From Candidatus Xenobia bacterium (GTDB taxonomy: Bacteria; Vulcanimicrobiota; Xenobia; Xenobiales; QWHO01): DNA of 33,828 bases. Below, in pieces: positions 24,752-33,828 of the stretch. Where the stretch lies: positions 1-33,828 of the forward strand of contig BTUM01000085.1 of assembly GCA_045863235.1 (NCBI GenBank). Reading direction: 5' to 3'. The stretch's first letter is position 1. Each line of letters begins with the position of its first letter. The position numbers and the translations under genes are program-made. A model generated the notes under the pieces. That model was not told the DNA's origin, ran no database searches, and saw only the letters and a program-made list of their open reading frames with translations.

Positions 24752-25366
24752 TCAGGGCCCTGGCTCCTCCGAGCAGCAGTCCTGGAGTGCTTTCTCCGCC
24801 GCCTCGATGCTGCGCGAGCGCTCCACGCCCAGACCCTCTTGCTGGTGCACGACCACCCCGTCGGCATCCAGCACGGTGATCAGGTTCGAGTGAGCGAAGT
24901 CTGTGGCGCTCACTTTGCGGTACTTGACGCCCAGCACCGCGGCCAGCTCCTGCACCTGCTGGGAATCTCCCCGAAGCAGGTGCCAGCGAGGTCCAAGACC
25001 CTGCTCCCCGGCCAGCTGGCGCAGTCGCTCGGGGGTATCCGTCTCGGGGTCGATGGATACCAGCACCAGCTCCACGCCATCGGGATGGCGCTTGCTGAGG
25101 TCCTGGTCGATGGACTTCATGTCGGCGATGATGCGAGGGCAGGCTTGAGGGCAGGAAGCGTAGACCATGGCCAGCAGCTGTACCTTGCCCCGAAGCTCTT
25201 GCAGAGTGAGCTCTTTCCCGTTCTGGTCGGTCCAGGTCCCGGTCAGGTGGTAGACCGACAGCTCGGGCAGGGGACCCTCACGACGAGGAGAGGGGGACGG
25301 CGCCTGCGAGGGCGTTGAGGAACACCCGATGATGAGCAGCGCGGCAACAATCAAAAGAGCTCTCAC
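24752..25366 (-). CDS. SCO1/SenC-family copper chaperone lipoprotein
   Basis: Lipobox IIGC; CPQAC (CxxxC), SIDPETDTPERL, conserved His in FAHS; GTGA overlap with the upstream gene. Confidence 0.9.
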   Translation of the reverse strand: MRALLIVAALLIIGCSSTPSQAPSPSPRREGPLPELSVYHLTGTWTDQNGKELTLQELRGKVQLLAMVYASCPQACPRIIADMKSIDQDLSKRHPDGVELVLVSIDPETDTPERLRQLAGEQGLGPRWHLLRGDSQQVQELAAVLGVKYRKVSATDFAHSNLITVLDADGVVVHQQEGLGVERSRSIEAAEKALQDCCSEEPGP

Positions 25367-26121
25367 GGCTTCTTCTCCGGGGGCAGGTCGAGAGCGCAGC
25401 GAAAACCGAGGTTGGCGAGCGTGTAGCGGGCTTTCAGGCTGGAGCGAAACGCGTAGCGCATGAAGCGGGCGTAGTTGGAGCGGTCCCGGGCATCGGCAGC
25501 GCCCGCCCCGCAGAAGAGCTCCCCGTCGCCACCGCCCCGCGACTCGCCTCCCACCATCGTGGTCTGAAAGTCGTCCACCCACTCCCACACCAGACCGTGC
25601 ATATCGTAGGCTCCGTAGAAGTTCCGATAGGTGGATCCCACGGGAGGTAAGCTCGGCCGGGTCGGCCGAGCGTACCAGTCCAGGATGCGGCGGGTGAAAC
25701 CGGGCTCCAACTCGCCGTCAGCCCTCTTCTCGCTGGCCGCTCCCGCCAGCTCCCACTCGGCCTGAGTGGGCAGTCGCTTGCCGACGAAGCGGGCGTAGGC
25801 ACGAGCTGCAAACCAGGAGACGTGGGTCACCGGGCTTTTGGCCAGGGCCGGATCGAATTCCAGGTCCCCGGTCCAGTGGCCCAGGTAGCGAGAATCGGCA
25901 AAGACCCGCTTGACCTTCGACCGCCTCCAGGCGGGGTTGGCCCGGACGAACTGGCGGAACTGCTCGTTGGTCACCGCGTAACGGTCGAGCAAGAATGGCC
26001 TCACGGCGATCCGATCGTTTTCTCCCGCGTAGAGCGGAACATAGGTCCCCCCCCCGACCCGGACCATGTCCGGCGGGGGAGCGAGAGCCAGCACGAGCAT
26101 TGCCGTGAGAGCCAGCAGCAA
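25363..26121 (-). CDS. nirV: Formylglycine-generating-enzyme (SUMF1) family protein, NirV-like
   Basis: F.LDRY.VTN.QF, PVT.VSWFAA.AY, RLPTQAEWE, YDMHGLVWEW, LGFRCA; 3 nt after nirK. Confidence 0.8.
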   Translation of the reverse strand: MLLALTAMLVLALAPPPDMVRVGGGTYVPLYAGENDRIAVRPFLLDRYAVTNEQFRQFVRANPAWRRSKVKRVFADSRYLGHWTGDLEFDPALAKSPVTHVSWFAARAYARFVGKRLPTQAEWELAGAASEKRADGELEPGFTRRILDWYARPTRPSLPPVGSTYRNFYGAYDMHGLVWEWVDDFQTTMVGGESRGGGDGELFCGAGAADARDRSNYARFMRYAFRSSLKARYTLANLGFRCALDLPPEKKP

Positions 26122-26124
26122 GGC

Positions 26125-27546
26125 TCAATCCTTTCGGACTTTGGCGACCATCCCGGTCGTCACGTCGCCACCCTTGTTGCCCCAGCTGTTGAGCACGAAC
26201 GTGGCCACGCTGGCGGCGTCCTCATCCGAAAGCTGCAGGTTCGGCATCACGTTGTTGTAAGTCTGGCCGTTCACCTTGATCTCACCGGAGAGGCCGTTGA
26301 CCACCGCGCTGACGGCTACCTCCGGGCTGGTCAGGAAGTCGGAGTTGGCCAGAGGTGGGAAGACGTTCGGGACCCCCGTGCCGTCCTGGCCGTGGCAGGC
26401 CACGCAGCTGCGCTTGTAGACGATCTCTCCCCGAGCGATCCGCTCCGCTTTGCTGGCGGTGGGCTTGCCCACCGGGGGCTTGGAGCCGGGGATCTTCTGG
26501 ATTGCGCTTCCCTCGGCCAGGTACACCAGGTCGGCCTGTTTGCCGGAGTAGACCAGAGGGTTCTCGGGACCCTCCACCTTGATCTTGCCCAGCGCGCCCT
26601 TGTTGAAGGCCCGGAAGATGGAGTGGTCCACCAGAACCAGCGTCCCGGGAGCCTCGACCTTGAAGTCGACGATGGCAGAGCCGCCAGCGGGAACCACGGT
26701 GGACTGAACGTGCTTGTTCTTGACGGTGCCGCCTTCGATATAGACCGTATCGAAGATTTCGCCAATGACGTGAAAGGACGAAACCAGGTTGGGGCCACCA
26801 TTGCCGACGTAGAGGCGAACCTTCTCTCCCACCTTGATCACGGGTGTCTTGTCGCCTCCGAACCCGTCCACCTTGCCGTTGAAGACCACGTAGTCGGGGT
26901 TCTCGGCCAGAGCCTTCTCCATGGAGAAAGGCTGCAGGCCCGGTTCCCCGTAGGAACCCTCGGTGTAGAACTCGCTCTGCATGACGTAGAACTCTTTGTC
27001 TACCTTGGGCAGCCCGCTGACGGGCTCCACCAGGATCAGCCCGTACATACCGTTTGCGATGTGCATGCCAACGGGAGCCGTGGCGCAGTGATAGACGTAA
27101 AGGCCCGGGTTCAGCGCCTTGAAAGAGAAGACGGACTCGTGACCGGGGGCCGTAAACGAGGCTGCCGCACCTCCGCCCGGCCCGGTCACGGCGTGCAGGT
27201 CGATGTTGTGCGGCATCTTGCTGTCGGGACGATTCTGAAGGTGGAACTCCACCTGGTCGCCCTCACGGATGCGGATGAACTTGCCTGGCACCTCGCCGCC
27301 GAAGGTCCAGAACGTGTACGTCACACCCGGCGCCAGCTCGGCTTCGACCTCGCTCACCTCGAGTTTCACGGTCACTTTGGCCGGATGCTTGCGGGTGATC
27401 GGCGGAGGTACTTCGGGGGCGCTGGTCAGTACAGCCACCTCCTCGGGCAAGGCTCTGGCCGGGGGAGGAGAGGGAAGGGACGCCGGGGGGGGTGAGCAGC
27501 CAGCCAGCGCGGAGCTCAAGAGCAGGGCAGCGACCAACTTCTTCAT
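26125..27546 (-). CDS. nirK: Copper-containing nitrite reductase (AniA-type lipoprotein) fused to a C-terminal cytochrome c
   Basis: Lipobox [19 protein letters not shown]...[19 protein letters not shown]-terminal CVACH, FPPLA and axial Met (VMP). Confidence 0.95.
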   Translation of the reverse strand: MKKLVAALLLSSALAGCSPPPASLPSPPPARALPEEVAVLTSAPEVPPPITRKHPAKVTVKLEVSEVEAELAPGVTYTFWTFGGEVPGKFIRIREGDQVEFHLQNRPDSKMPHNIDLHAVTGPGGGAAASFTAPGHESVFSFKALNPGLYVYHCATAPVGMHIANGMYGLILVEPVSGLPKVDKEFYVMQSEFYTEGSYGEPGLQPFSMEKALAENPDYVVFNGKVDGFGGDKTPVIKVGEKVRLYVGNGGPNLVSSFHVIGEIFDTVYIEGGTVKNKHVQSTVVPAGGSAIVDFKVEAPGTLVLVDHSIFRAFNKGALGKIKVEGPENPLVYSGKQADLVYLAEGSAIQKIPGSKPPVGKPTASKAERIARGEIVYKRSCVACHGQDGTGVPNVFPPLANSDFLTSPEVAVSAVVNGLSGEIKVNGQTYNNVMPNLQLSDEDAASVATFVLNSWGNKGGDVTTGMVAKVRKD

Positions 27547-27627
27547 ACTTCGTCAGGGCCTTTCAGAGAGGATTCAATGTGTGCCAGGAAGCGGAATGGG
27601 AACGGTCAGGCCGTCTCGGGAAGCGCC

Positions 27628-27641
27628 TGGACCCAGGTCAA
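27628..27641. promoter_or_regulatory. Candidate CRP/FNR-family (FNR/DNR/NnrR-like) box upstream of nirK
   Basis: TTGAC-CTGG-GTCCA on the minus strand versus the TTGAT-N4-ATCAA consensus; about 80 nt upstream of the nirK ATG. Confidence 0.45.
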
Positions 27642-27745
27642 AGACAGTCCTTGCTTCGTGCCACAGCGGGCCGTTCTCGATTTCGAGCGCTTCGCGGCCG
27701 CCGGCCGCGATCTCCTCCCTGGGAGCTCGGCCTGGGATGGTGGGC

Positions 27746-28129
27746 TTACTTCTCCTGCTGATACACCGGCGAGGGCGGGGGAGGAGCCCCCACCAGCTGG
27801 GCCACGATGGTCTGGAACTGGTGCACCCACTGGTCCACCGAGGCGTCCATCTCGGTTTGCAGCTCCTTGAGCTCGTCGTGCGTCTTGACGGCCTTGATGC
27901 GCACCTTGAAGTCGTCCACTTTGCGCGTCAGGGCCAGGAAGCTCTCCCGGGTCGCCTCATCGGGATGCCAGCCGGCAATCTCGCGCACCAGCCGGTCCTG
28001 TTTCTGGTTCAGCTCGTCCACCTGGCGGCGCAGCTGCTCGGCCATCACCATGTTGTTGGCCGCCGCCAGCATGCGGGAATTCTTCTCAAGGTCAGTGCTG
28101 ACCGTGGCCAGCAGCTTGACCTTGCTCAT
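27746..28129 (-). CDS. Hypothetical alpha-helical/coiled-coil protein
   Basis: Charged heptad-rich sequence ending in PPPPSP; the start (28129, or 28159) is uncertain. Confidence 0.7.
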   Translation of the reverse strand: MSKVKLLATVSTDLEKNSRMLAAANNMVMAEQLRRQVDELNQKQDRLVREIAGWHPDEATRESFLALTRKVDDFKVRIKAVKTHDELKELQTEMDASVDQWVHQFQTIVAQLVGAPPPPSPVYQQEK

Positions 28130-28310
28130 CACGACTTCCCGCTCTGGTACTTGGCTCATAAGATTCAGTGCCGGCCGATCTCCCTTCGCCGGTATGACCC
28201 GGATCAGGTCGTGAGGGTCTGCCTTGACAGGCACTCTCAGCCGGTCGCGAAACCGACTCCCCTGACCGTACGGCAAGGATCTATTCCCTCTGTTCGGTGT
28301 GGAATTCCTT

Positions 28311-29012
28311 TCAGAAGGACGGAGCAGGGTGGGGGTTGCCCCCGGGAAGCGCGAGAATTTGCCCGTCTTTCAACGCGCTGACGGTCTGGGTCAGGGTGTG
28401 GACATAATCCACCCAGGCCAGGCTGCTCTGCTGGAAATCGGCTCGCGCCCTCTCGACCCGGTCATACTCCAGGTAGGCCGTGCGCAGGTCCTGGGACGCC
28501 GCCTCCCGCAGCAGGGTGAGGCGGGCGCGGGACATCTGCGCGTTGGGGATCTCCAGCCACCGCAGCACCTTCATCGAGGTGGCGCTCTCCTCCAGCTCCC
28601 AGGGCGGCGAGGCGGGCGTCTCCAGCGCCGCCCCGGCAGGTCCTCCACCGGCCTGCTGGAGATAGAAGGAGGCTTGCTCGAGGTACTCCTCGAGCATCTC
28701 CTGGCCCAGCTTGGCATCGGCCAGGCGCCGATCATAGGCGTCCAGGGCCCGGTCGCGGCGCTTGAGGAAGGCCACGCCGGCGTAAAGCCGGGTGGGCGCG
28801 CTCTGGCCGGCATCGCCGAGGGCCTCGCTCAGACGCTGCTCGAGCACCGGCGGCATGTCGGTCAACGCAAGTTCGGCGGCCACCCGGTCGGCCCGCGAGC
28901 GAGTTTCGTTGGAGAGCAGAAACCCCAGCCGCGAGCGCTGCTCCAGGGCCTGGGGGGCCAGGCTGGCCAGGGCCGAGGCGGTCAACATCAGCAGCACCAG
29001 GAGCCATCTCAT
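28311..29012 (-). CDS. Hypothetical secreted helical protein
   Basis: Signal peptide MRWLLVLLMLTASALA; divergent from uvrB. Confidence 0.7.
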   Translation of the reverse strand: MRWLLVLLMLTASALASLAPQALEQRSRLGFLLSNETRSRADRVAAELALTDMPPVLEQRLSEALGDAGQSAPTRLYAGVAFLKRRDRALDAYDRRLADAKLGQEMLEEYLEQASFYLQQAGGGPAGAALETPASPPWELEESATSMKVLRWLEIPNAQMSRARLTLLREAASQDLRTAYLEYDRVERARADFQQSSLAWVDYVHTLTQTVSALKDGQILALPGGNPHPAPSF

Positions 29013-29071
29013 GGCCGGGCCGGTTCGACGCCGGCAGGGCTGCTCCCCTCAAAGCCTAATCATGCTCTCCT

Positions 29072-31252
29072 ATGAGCGACACCTTTCTCTTCGAGGCCCC
29101 CTTCCCACCCGGAGGCGATCAACCACGCGCCATCGAGGAGCTGGTGGCCTCGGTGCAGGCCGGCAACCGCTTCACCACGCTACTGGGAGCCACCGGCACC
29201 GGCAAGACCTACACCATGGCCCGGCTGATCGAGCGGCTCAACCGTCCCTGCCTGGTGATGAGCCCCAACAAGACCCTGGCGGCCCAGCTGTGCTCGGAGT
29301 TTCGAGAGTTCTTCCCCCAGAACGCGGTGGAGTACTTCGTCTCCTACTACGACTACTACCAGCCCGAGGCATACATCGCCGGCTCGGATACCTACATCGA
29401 GAAGGACTCCAGCATCAACGACGACATCGACCGCTTGCGCCACTCGGCCACCCAGGCTGTGATGGAGCGGCGCGATGCGCTGGTGGTGGCCTCGGTCTCC
29501 TGCATCTATGGCCTGGGCTCGCCCGAAGATTACCGCGAGATGCTCCTCGTCTTCCGGCCCGGCGAGGAGTTCACCCGCCAGGAGGTGCTGCGGCGCCTGG
29601 TGGACATGCACTTCAGCCGCACCCCCGCCACCCTGACCCGGGCTACCTTCCGCTTCCAGGGCGAGGTGCTGGAAATCCACCCCGCCGACGAAGAGAAGAT
29701 CTACCGCATCGAGTTCTTCGGCGACGAGGTCGAGCGCATGTCGGTCTACGACCCGCTCACCGGCGAGGTGCTGGGCCAGCCCAAACGCGTGGTCATCTAC
29801 CCCGCCACCCACTACGTTACCCCGCGCGACAAGCGCGACGCGGCCGTGGCCCGCATCGAGGCCGAGCTCGACGAGCGGCTGACCCGGTTTAAGGCCGAGG
29901 GCAAGCTGCTCGAGGCCCAGCGCCTGGAGATGCGGACCCGCTACGACCTGGAGATGATCCAGGAGATCGGCTACTGCAACGGCATCGAAAACTACTCGCG
30001 CCACCTCACCGGCCGGGCCGCGGGCGAGTCGCCCTACACGCTGCTCGACTACTTCCCGCAAGACTTCGTGACCTTGATCGACGAGTCGCACGTAGCCGTG
30101 CCCCAGATACGCGCCATGCTGCACGGCGACCGCTCGCGCAAGGGGCCCCTGGTGGACTTTGGCTTCCGCCTGCCCTCGGCCTTCGACAACCGTCCGCTAT
30201 CGTTCGATGAGTTCATGGAGCGGGTGGGCCAGGTGGTGTTCGTCTCGGCCACCCCGGCCGAGTTCGAGCGCAAGATCTCGAGCGTGATCGTGCAGCAGAT
30301 CATCCGTCCCACCGGGCTGGTGGACCCGATGGTGGTGCAGCGTCCCGTGGAGGGCCAGGTAGACGACCTGCTGGCCGAGATCCGCGAGCGGGCGGCCCGT
30401 CAGGAGCGGGTGCTGGTCACGGTGCTGACCAAGAAGATGGCCGAGGACCTGACCGACTACCTGGCCGGAGTGGGCGTGAGGGTGCGCTACTTGCACTCGG
30501 AGATCGATACCCTGAGCCGCATCGAGGTGCTGCGCGACCTGCGATTGGGCCACTACGACGTGCTGGTGGGCATCAACTTGCTGCGCGAGGGGCTCGACCT
30601 TCCGGAGGTGTCGCTGGTGGCCATCCTGGACGCCGACCAGGAGGGTTTCCTGCGCAGCTCCACCTCGCTCATTCAGACCATCGGGCGGGCGGCCCGCAAC
30701 GTGAGCGGCACGGTCATCCTGTATGCCAACAAGCAAACTGAGGCCATCCGGGAGGCGGTGGAGGAGACCCAGCGTCGGCGGGAGATCCAGCTCGCTTACA
30801 ACGCCGAGCACGGCATCACTCCCCAGACCATCCGCAAAGCGGTCAACGACATCCTGGACACGCTGGCCCCCGGCGGCGCTCCCACCCGCGCGGCGGTGCG
30901 GGTCGAGAACAAGCACGAGCTGGGCATCGCCGAGCTGCAGGCAGCCGTCACGAGGTTGCAGGAGGCGATGGTGGAGGCGGCCCGCAACCTCGAGTTCGAG
31001 ACCGCAGCCGCTTTGCGCGACGAGATGATCGAGCTGAAGATGGCCCTGGCCCGCAAGCTGGAGGGCCTGCCGGTGGGGGAGGCCATGGAGATGGTGGATC
31101 AGGGCCTGCTCGACGGGGTCAAGTTCTCCAAGAGCGGCGTGCGCAAGGCTCCCCCGAAGGCGGCGGCCCCGGGCGAGGCCGGCTCGACCCCGCTGGGCTC
31201 GCGGCTGGGACGGGCCCGCAACAAGGCGGTCAAAGCGGCTCGCAAGCGCTGA
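29072..31252 (+). CDS. uvrB: Excinuclease ABC subunit B
   Basis: [73 protein letters not shown] domain (FETAAALRD). Confidence 0.98.
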   Translation: MSDTFLFEAPFPPGGDQPRAIEELVASVQAGNRFTTLLGATGTGKTYTMARLIERLNRPCLVMSPNKTLAAQLCSEFREFFPQNAVEYFVSYYDYYQPEAYIAGSDTYIEKDSSINDDIDRLRHSATQAVMERRDALVVASVSCIYGLGSPEDYREMLLVFRPGEEFTRQEVLRRLVDMHFSRTPATLTRATFRFQGEVLEIHPADEEKIYRIEFFGDEVERMSVYDPLTGEVLGQPKRVVIYPATHYVTPRDKRDAAVARIEAELDERLTRFKAEGKLLEAQRLEMRTRYDLEMIQEIGYCNGIENYSRHLTGRAAGESPYTLLDYFPQDFVTLIDESHVAVPQIRAMLHGDRSRKGPLVDFGFRLPSAFDNRPLSFDEFMERVGQVVFVSATPAEFERKISSVIVQQIIRPTGLVDPMVVQRPVEGQVDDLLAEIRERAARQERVLVTVLTKKMAEDLTDYLAGVGVRVRYLHSEIDTLSRIEVLRDLRLGHYDVLVGINLLREGLDLPEVSLVAILDADQEGFLRSSTSLIQTIGRAARNVSGTVILYANKQTEAIREAVEETQRRREIQLAYNAEHGITPQTIRKAVNDILDTLAPGGAPTRAAVRVENKHELGIAELQAAVTRLQEAMVEAARNLEFETAAALRDEMIELKMALARKLEGLPVGEAMEMVDQGLLDGVKFSKSGVRKAPPKAAAPGEAGSTPLGSRLGRARNKAVKAARKR

Positions 31253-31277
31253 GACTCCTTTCAGGCGTGTCCGTGAA

Positions 31278-32264
31278 TCAAGCCCGCTTGCAGGCCCTGA
31301 GCACCCGTTCGTGCAGGCGGTCGAACCAGCCCTTGAGCAGCCGGTCGTTCCAGGAGATGAGCCAGGAAGCCAGCATGATGCGGTAGATGCCGCTTCTGGG
31401 CACTTTGACCGCGCGCCATTCGGGTTGCTCGTTGAGCAGCGCCAGCGTCTCCAGACCGATCAGGATCGGCCACAGCACCGCCAGCCGCAGTCTGGTGCAG
31501 CGGGCCGGCAGGGCCAGAGCGTAGCCTTCGGCGGCCCGGAAGTGGTCCAGGGCCACCCTGGTCCAGCTTGCCCTCAGCTCGAGCGCCTCCAGGGGCGCGA
31601 CCCCCAGCTTCTCGAGCTCGGTGCGGGGCAGGTAGCAGCGCCCGTTCTGCAAGTCCTTCGGGAGGTCGCGCAGCACGTTGGTGAGCTGGAGCGCCTGGCC
31701 AAAACTGACCCCCAGCCGGCTCATGGCGTCGGGGTCGAGATGGCGCAGGGCGGGGTGGTGGAGCAAGGTGATCCTGGTCCAGAACGGCCCCACGCAACCC
31801 GCCACCAGGTAGGTGTAGCGGTGCAGGTCGTGCTCGGTCTCGATGGGACGCCCCTCGAGGTCCTCCAGCATCCCCCGGGTCAGGGTTTCCAGAACCTCGC
31901 GGGCTGCCTCGAGCTCGGCCAGAGGCAAGCTCTCGAGCAGCTCGAGCACCATCGGCAGACACAGCAGCAAGCGGCGCTCGCCGGCATCCTGCTGGCGGTT
32001 GGCCACCCTGGCGGCCAGCTGCTCCAGGAAGTCGGGATCGCGCTGACCCGTGATAGCGGCGCGCAGCCGGACGAGGAACTGGAGTCGTTCCTCGCCGGGC
32101 AGCGCGTCCGTGTCAGCGATGGTGTCGGCGGCCCGGGCCACCAGGTAGGTGACGCCCAGGGTCTCGCGGCTGCGGCGCGGCAGGATGCGCAGGGTCAAAT
32201 AGAAGGCCCGTGAGACCTCGCGCAGCACCTCGCCCAGCAGCCAGTTGCGCTCGCGGGCGAGCAC
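31278..32264 (-). CDS. Squalene/phytoene synthase family protein (farnesyl-diphosphate farnesyltransferase-like)
   Basis: VSRAFYLTL, YL.ARAADTIAD, YTYLVAGCVG.FWT, GQALQLTNVLRDL..D...GRCYLP. Confidence 0.88.
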   Translation of the reverse strand: MLARERNWLLGEVLREVSRAFYLTLRILPRRSRETLGVTYLVARAADTIADTDALPGEERLQFLVRLRAAITGQRDPDFLEQLAARVANRQQDAGERRLLLCLPMVLELLESLPLAELEAAREVLETLTRGMLEDLEGRPIETEHDLHRYTYLVAGCVGPFWTRITLLHHPALRHLDPDAMSRLGVSFGQALQLTNVLRDLPKDLQNGRCYLPRTELEKLGVAPLEALELRASWTRVALDHFRAAEGYALALPARCTRLRLAVLWPILIGLETLALLNEQPEWRAVKVPRSGIYRIMLASWLISWNDRLLKGWFDRLHERVLRACKRA

Positions 32265-32267
32265 AGC

Positions 32268-32909
32268 CTACTTCTTGCCGGGAAGTTCCACCAGGGTGAC
32301 TTCGAAGACCAGGTCGGCGTTGGGCGGGATGGGTCCGCCCGGGGTGCCCTGCTCGCCGTAAGCGAGCTTGGAGGGGATGTAGAGGCGGCGGGTCTCGCCC
32401 ACCTTCATGCCCTGCAGGCCCTCATCCCAGCCCGGGATGACGTTGCCCTGGCCGAGGGGGAACTTGATCGGCTCGCCCCGGGTCAGGCTGCTGTCAAAGG
32501 GGGTGCCGTCGGTCAGCCAGCCGGTGTAGTGGGCGCTGACCATGTCGCCGGCGGCCGCGGTGCCCTTGTCGGTGCCCTCGATCAAGATCGTGTAGCTCAG
32601 ACCGCTGGGCGTCTTGGACTTGCCGGTTTCGCCCTTCTTGGGCGGAACGGGCTTGGAAGGGTCGTGCTTGCTGGTTTCGCCGGGGCTGGCGTCCGGGGAG
32701 GGGCTGGCATCCGGGCTCGCGCTGGCGGCAGGGCTGGCTTCGTCGCCAGGGGAGGCGGCCACGTCCGAGGGGCTCGGGCTTTCGCTGGCCTGGGCCTGCG
32801 TGGGGGTGGCGGTGGGAAGGCTCGCGCCGGTCGTACCTCCGGGGGAGGGAGGCTGGCCGCAACCGAGCGTCAGAAGGCCCAGGCTGAGGGCCAGAAGAGT
32901 GCGTTTCAT
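32268..32909 (-). CDS. FKBP-type peptidyl-prolyl isomerase lipoprotein
   Basis: Lipobox TLGC; Ser/Pro/Ala linker; HYTGWL.DG..FDSS, VIPGWDEG, YIPSKLAYG, IPPNADLVFEV; AAAGGA RBS. Confidence 0.93.
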   Translation of the reverse strand: MKRTLLALSLGLLTLGCGQPPSPGGTTGASLPTATPTQAQASESPSPSDVAASPGDEASPAASASPDASPSPDASPGETSKHDPSKPVPPKKGETGKSKTPSGLSYTILIEGTDKGTAAAGDMVSAHYTGWLTDGTPFDSSLTRGEPIKFPLGQGNVIPGWDEGLQGMKVGETRRLYIPSKLAYGEQGTPGGPIPPNADLVFEVTLVELPGKK

Positions 32910-32934
32910 GGGGATTCCTTTCGCGTTGTGACGA

Positions 32935-33785
32935 TTGAGGGGGGCAGCCTTCGCGGCCGGGGGGAGGAGTCCTACGGGGAAGAGGTCACGGGTCGAAGCG
33001 ACGGTGTGGAGCGCATCTCGCGGCACCAGTTGCCGCCCGGGCTCGCTTCGAAGCGGTCATGCCGGCGCTGGAGGCGGCCTCTCTCGACGCGGAGAAGGCC
33101 TGGCCGAATCCAGATTGGCCCCTCGGGGTACTCACGGTTCAGGTGCTCGAGACGCGCAATCTGATTCTCAGCCTGTCCGTCTTGAGTCAGGCCCAGCTCC
33201 TCGAGGACAGGCCCCGGGAGGCGTTCAAGACGGCCCTGTTGAGCTATCGCCTGGCCGTGCCGCTGGCGCCAGGGTCCGCTCATTCGCGCGATTGTCGGCG
33301 CTGCAGTCCTCCGAATCGCTCTCTCCAGCTTGAACCTGGCGCTGCTCGAGCGCCTCGAGCCGGCTGACTATCAAGCCGCCCTCCTGGCTTTGAGGCCGGA
33401 GGGGCCGGACCACTTGATCCAGGTGGCCGAGCTCGAGTATGCCTGGGCCCTGGATTACCTGGCCGTCACTCCCCCGGCCCAACTTGCGCAGGGAACCGGA
33501 GCCGGCTTCGTGCACCGGGCTCTGGTCTATCTTCCCGCCTACCGCGAGCGTGAGCGCCGGATCGTTCAGGAATTCCACCTGCTGGCTCGTCCGAGCCTGG
33601 AGACGGGCCGCGAGGACCCGCTGCTCTCCAGTCGTCAGGCGGCCCGAACGCCCTACCTGGCTTTGCCCGATATGGGGTCTTTGGACTGGAGTCGAGTCGG
33701 GGAGGCCTTTCGCTGCCAGTGGACCCGTATCGACGGCGTGCGGGCGGTGGCCGCCCTGCAGCTTTACCGCTCCCGGCATTTCTGA
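32935..33785 (+). pseudogene. Frameshifted, apparently truncated helical protein gene
   Basis: Coding-like sequence ...AFKTALLSYRLAVPLA (frame of 33059) continues as QGPLIRAIVGAAVLRIALSSL... in the frame of 33330, with the switch near 33269. There is no clear start, and it ends abruptly at AALQLYRSRHF. The 5' boundary is approximate. Confidence 0.5.
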
Positions 33786-33828
33786 TGCGTGTCAAGAGAG
33801 AGACTGCGGAGGCCGTAACCACGCGAGT

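Noticed and set aside
29016..29027. Gram-positive-type SOS box upstream of uvrB (CGGTTCG, also at 7890)
   Set aside because: Only a half site; there is no correctly spaced CGAAC partner.
31278..32264. Carotenoid or hopanoid gene cluster
   Set aside because: The synthase stands alone behind an FKBP gene; no crtI, hpnE or shc is in the window.
32670..32800. Short GGGGCTGGC-type repeats as a CRISPR or tandem-repeat locus
   Set aside because: They encode the ASP/SPD low-complexity linker of the FKBP lipoprotein, with no constant repeat-spacer structure.

Overview
A high-GC bacterial chromosomal segment, about 34 kb, with about 30 likely genes. Most long ORFs in the supplied track are shadow frames. 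The taxon cannot be fixed from sequence alone, but the gene mix and protein style suggest a Terrabacteria-type diderm such as Eremiobacterota/Vulcanimicrobiota or a relative (inference). From left to right: a decayed ISKra4/ISLre2-like transposase end; a SAM methyltransferase; an S41 protease; a paladin-like PTP/phytase phosphatase; a CHASE3-PAS-GAF-PAS histidine kinase coupled to a degenerate-GGDEF/EAL protein; a lexA-imuY-DUF6504(ImuB-C-like) SOS cassette lacking dnaE2; a beta-hairpin-repeat protein; an M13 peptidase; secreted LRR, Ig-like and FN3 proteins; an HD phosphohydrolase; TerB-like, class IV aminotransferase and degenerate MoaB genes; a lipase lipoprotein; chdC/hemQ; pepP; a nirK(cytochrome c fusion)-nirV-sco operon; uvrB; a squalene synthase-family gene; an FKBP; and a frameshifted pseudogene. 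No CRISPR array, tRNA or rRNA was seen. Three observations stand out. (1) Two intergenic elements (3567-3707 and 23156-23313) each start at a stop codon with the same TRA-AGTGC(T)AAGGC head, share a GGCGC(C)GTTCnnnAGATTGT linker, and can form multi-hairpin pseudoknot folds; they may be an undescribed ncRNA or miniature repeat family. (2) The split, DnaE2-less mutasome cassette sits under a LexA with an unusual recognition helix. (3) The paladin-like phosphatase and the M13 peptidase carry long, non-Sec N-terminal extensions.
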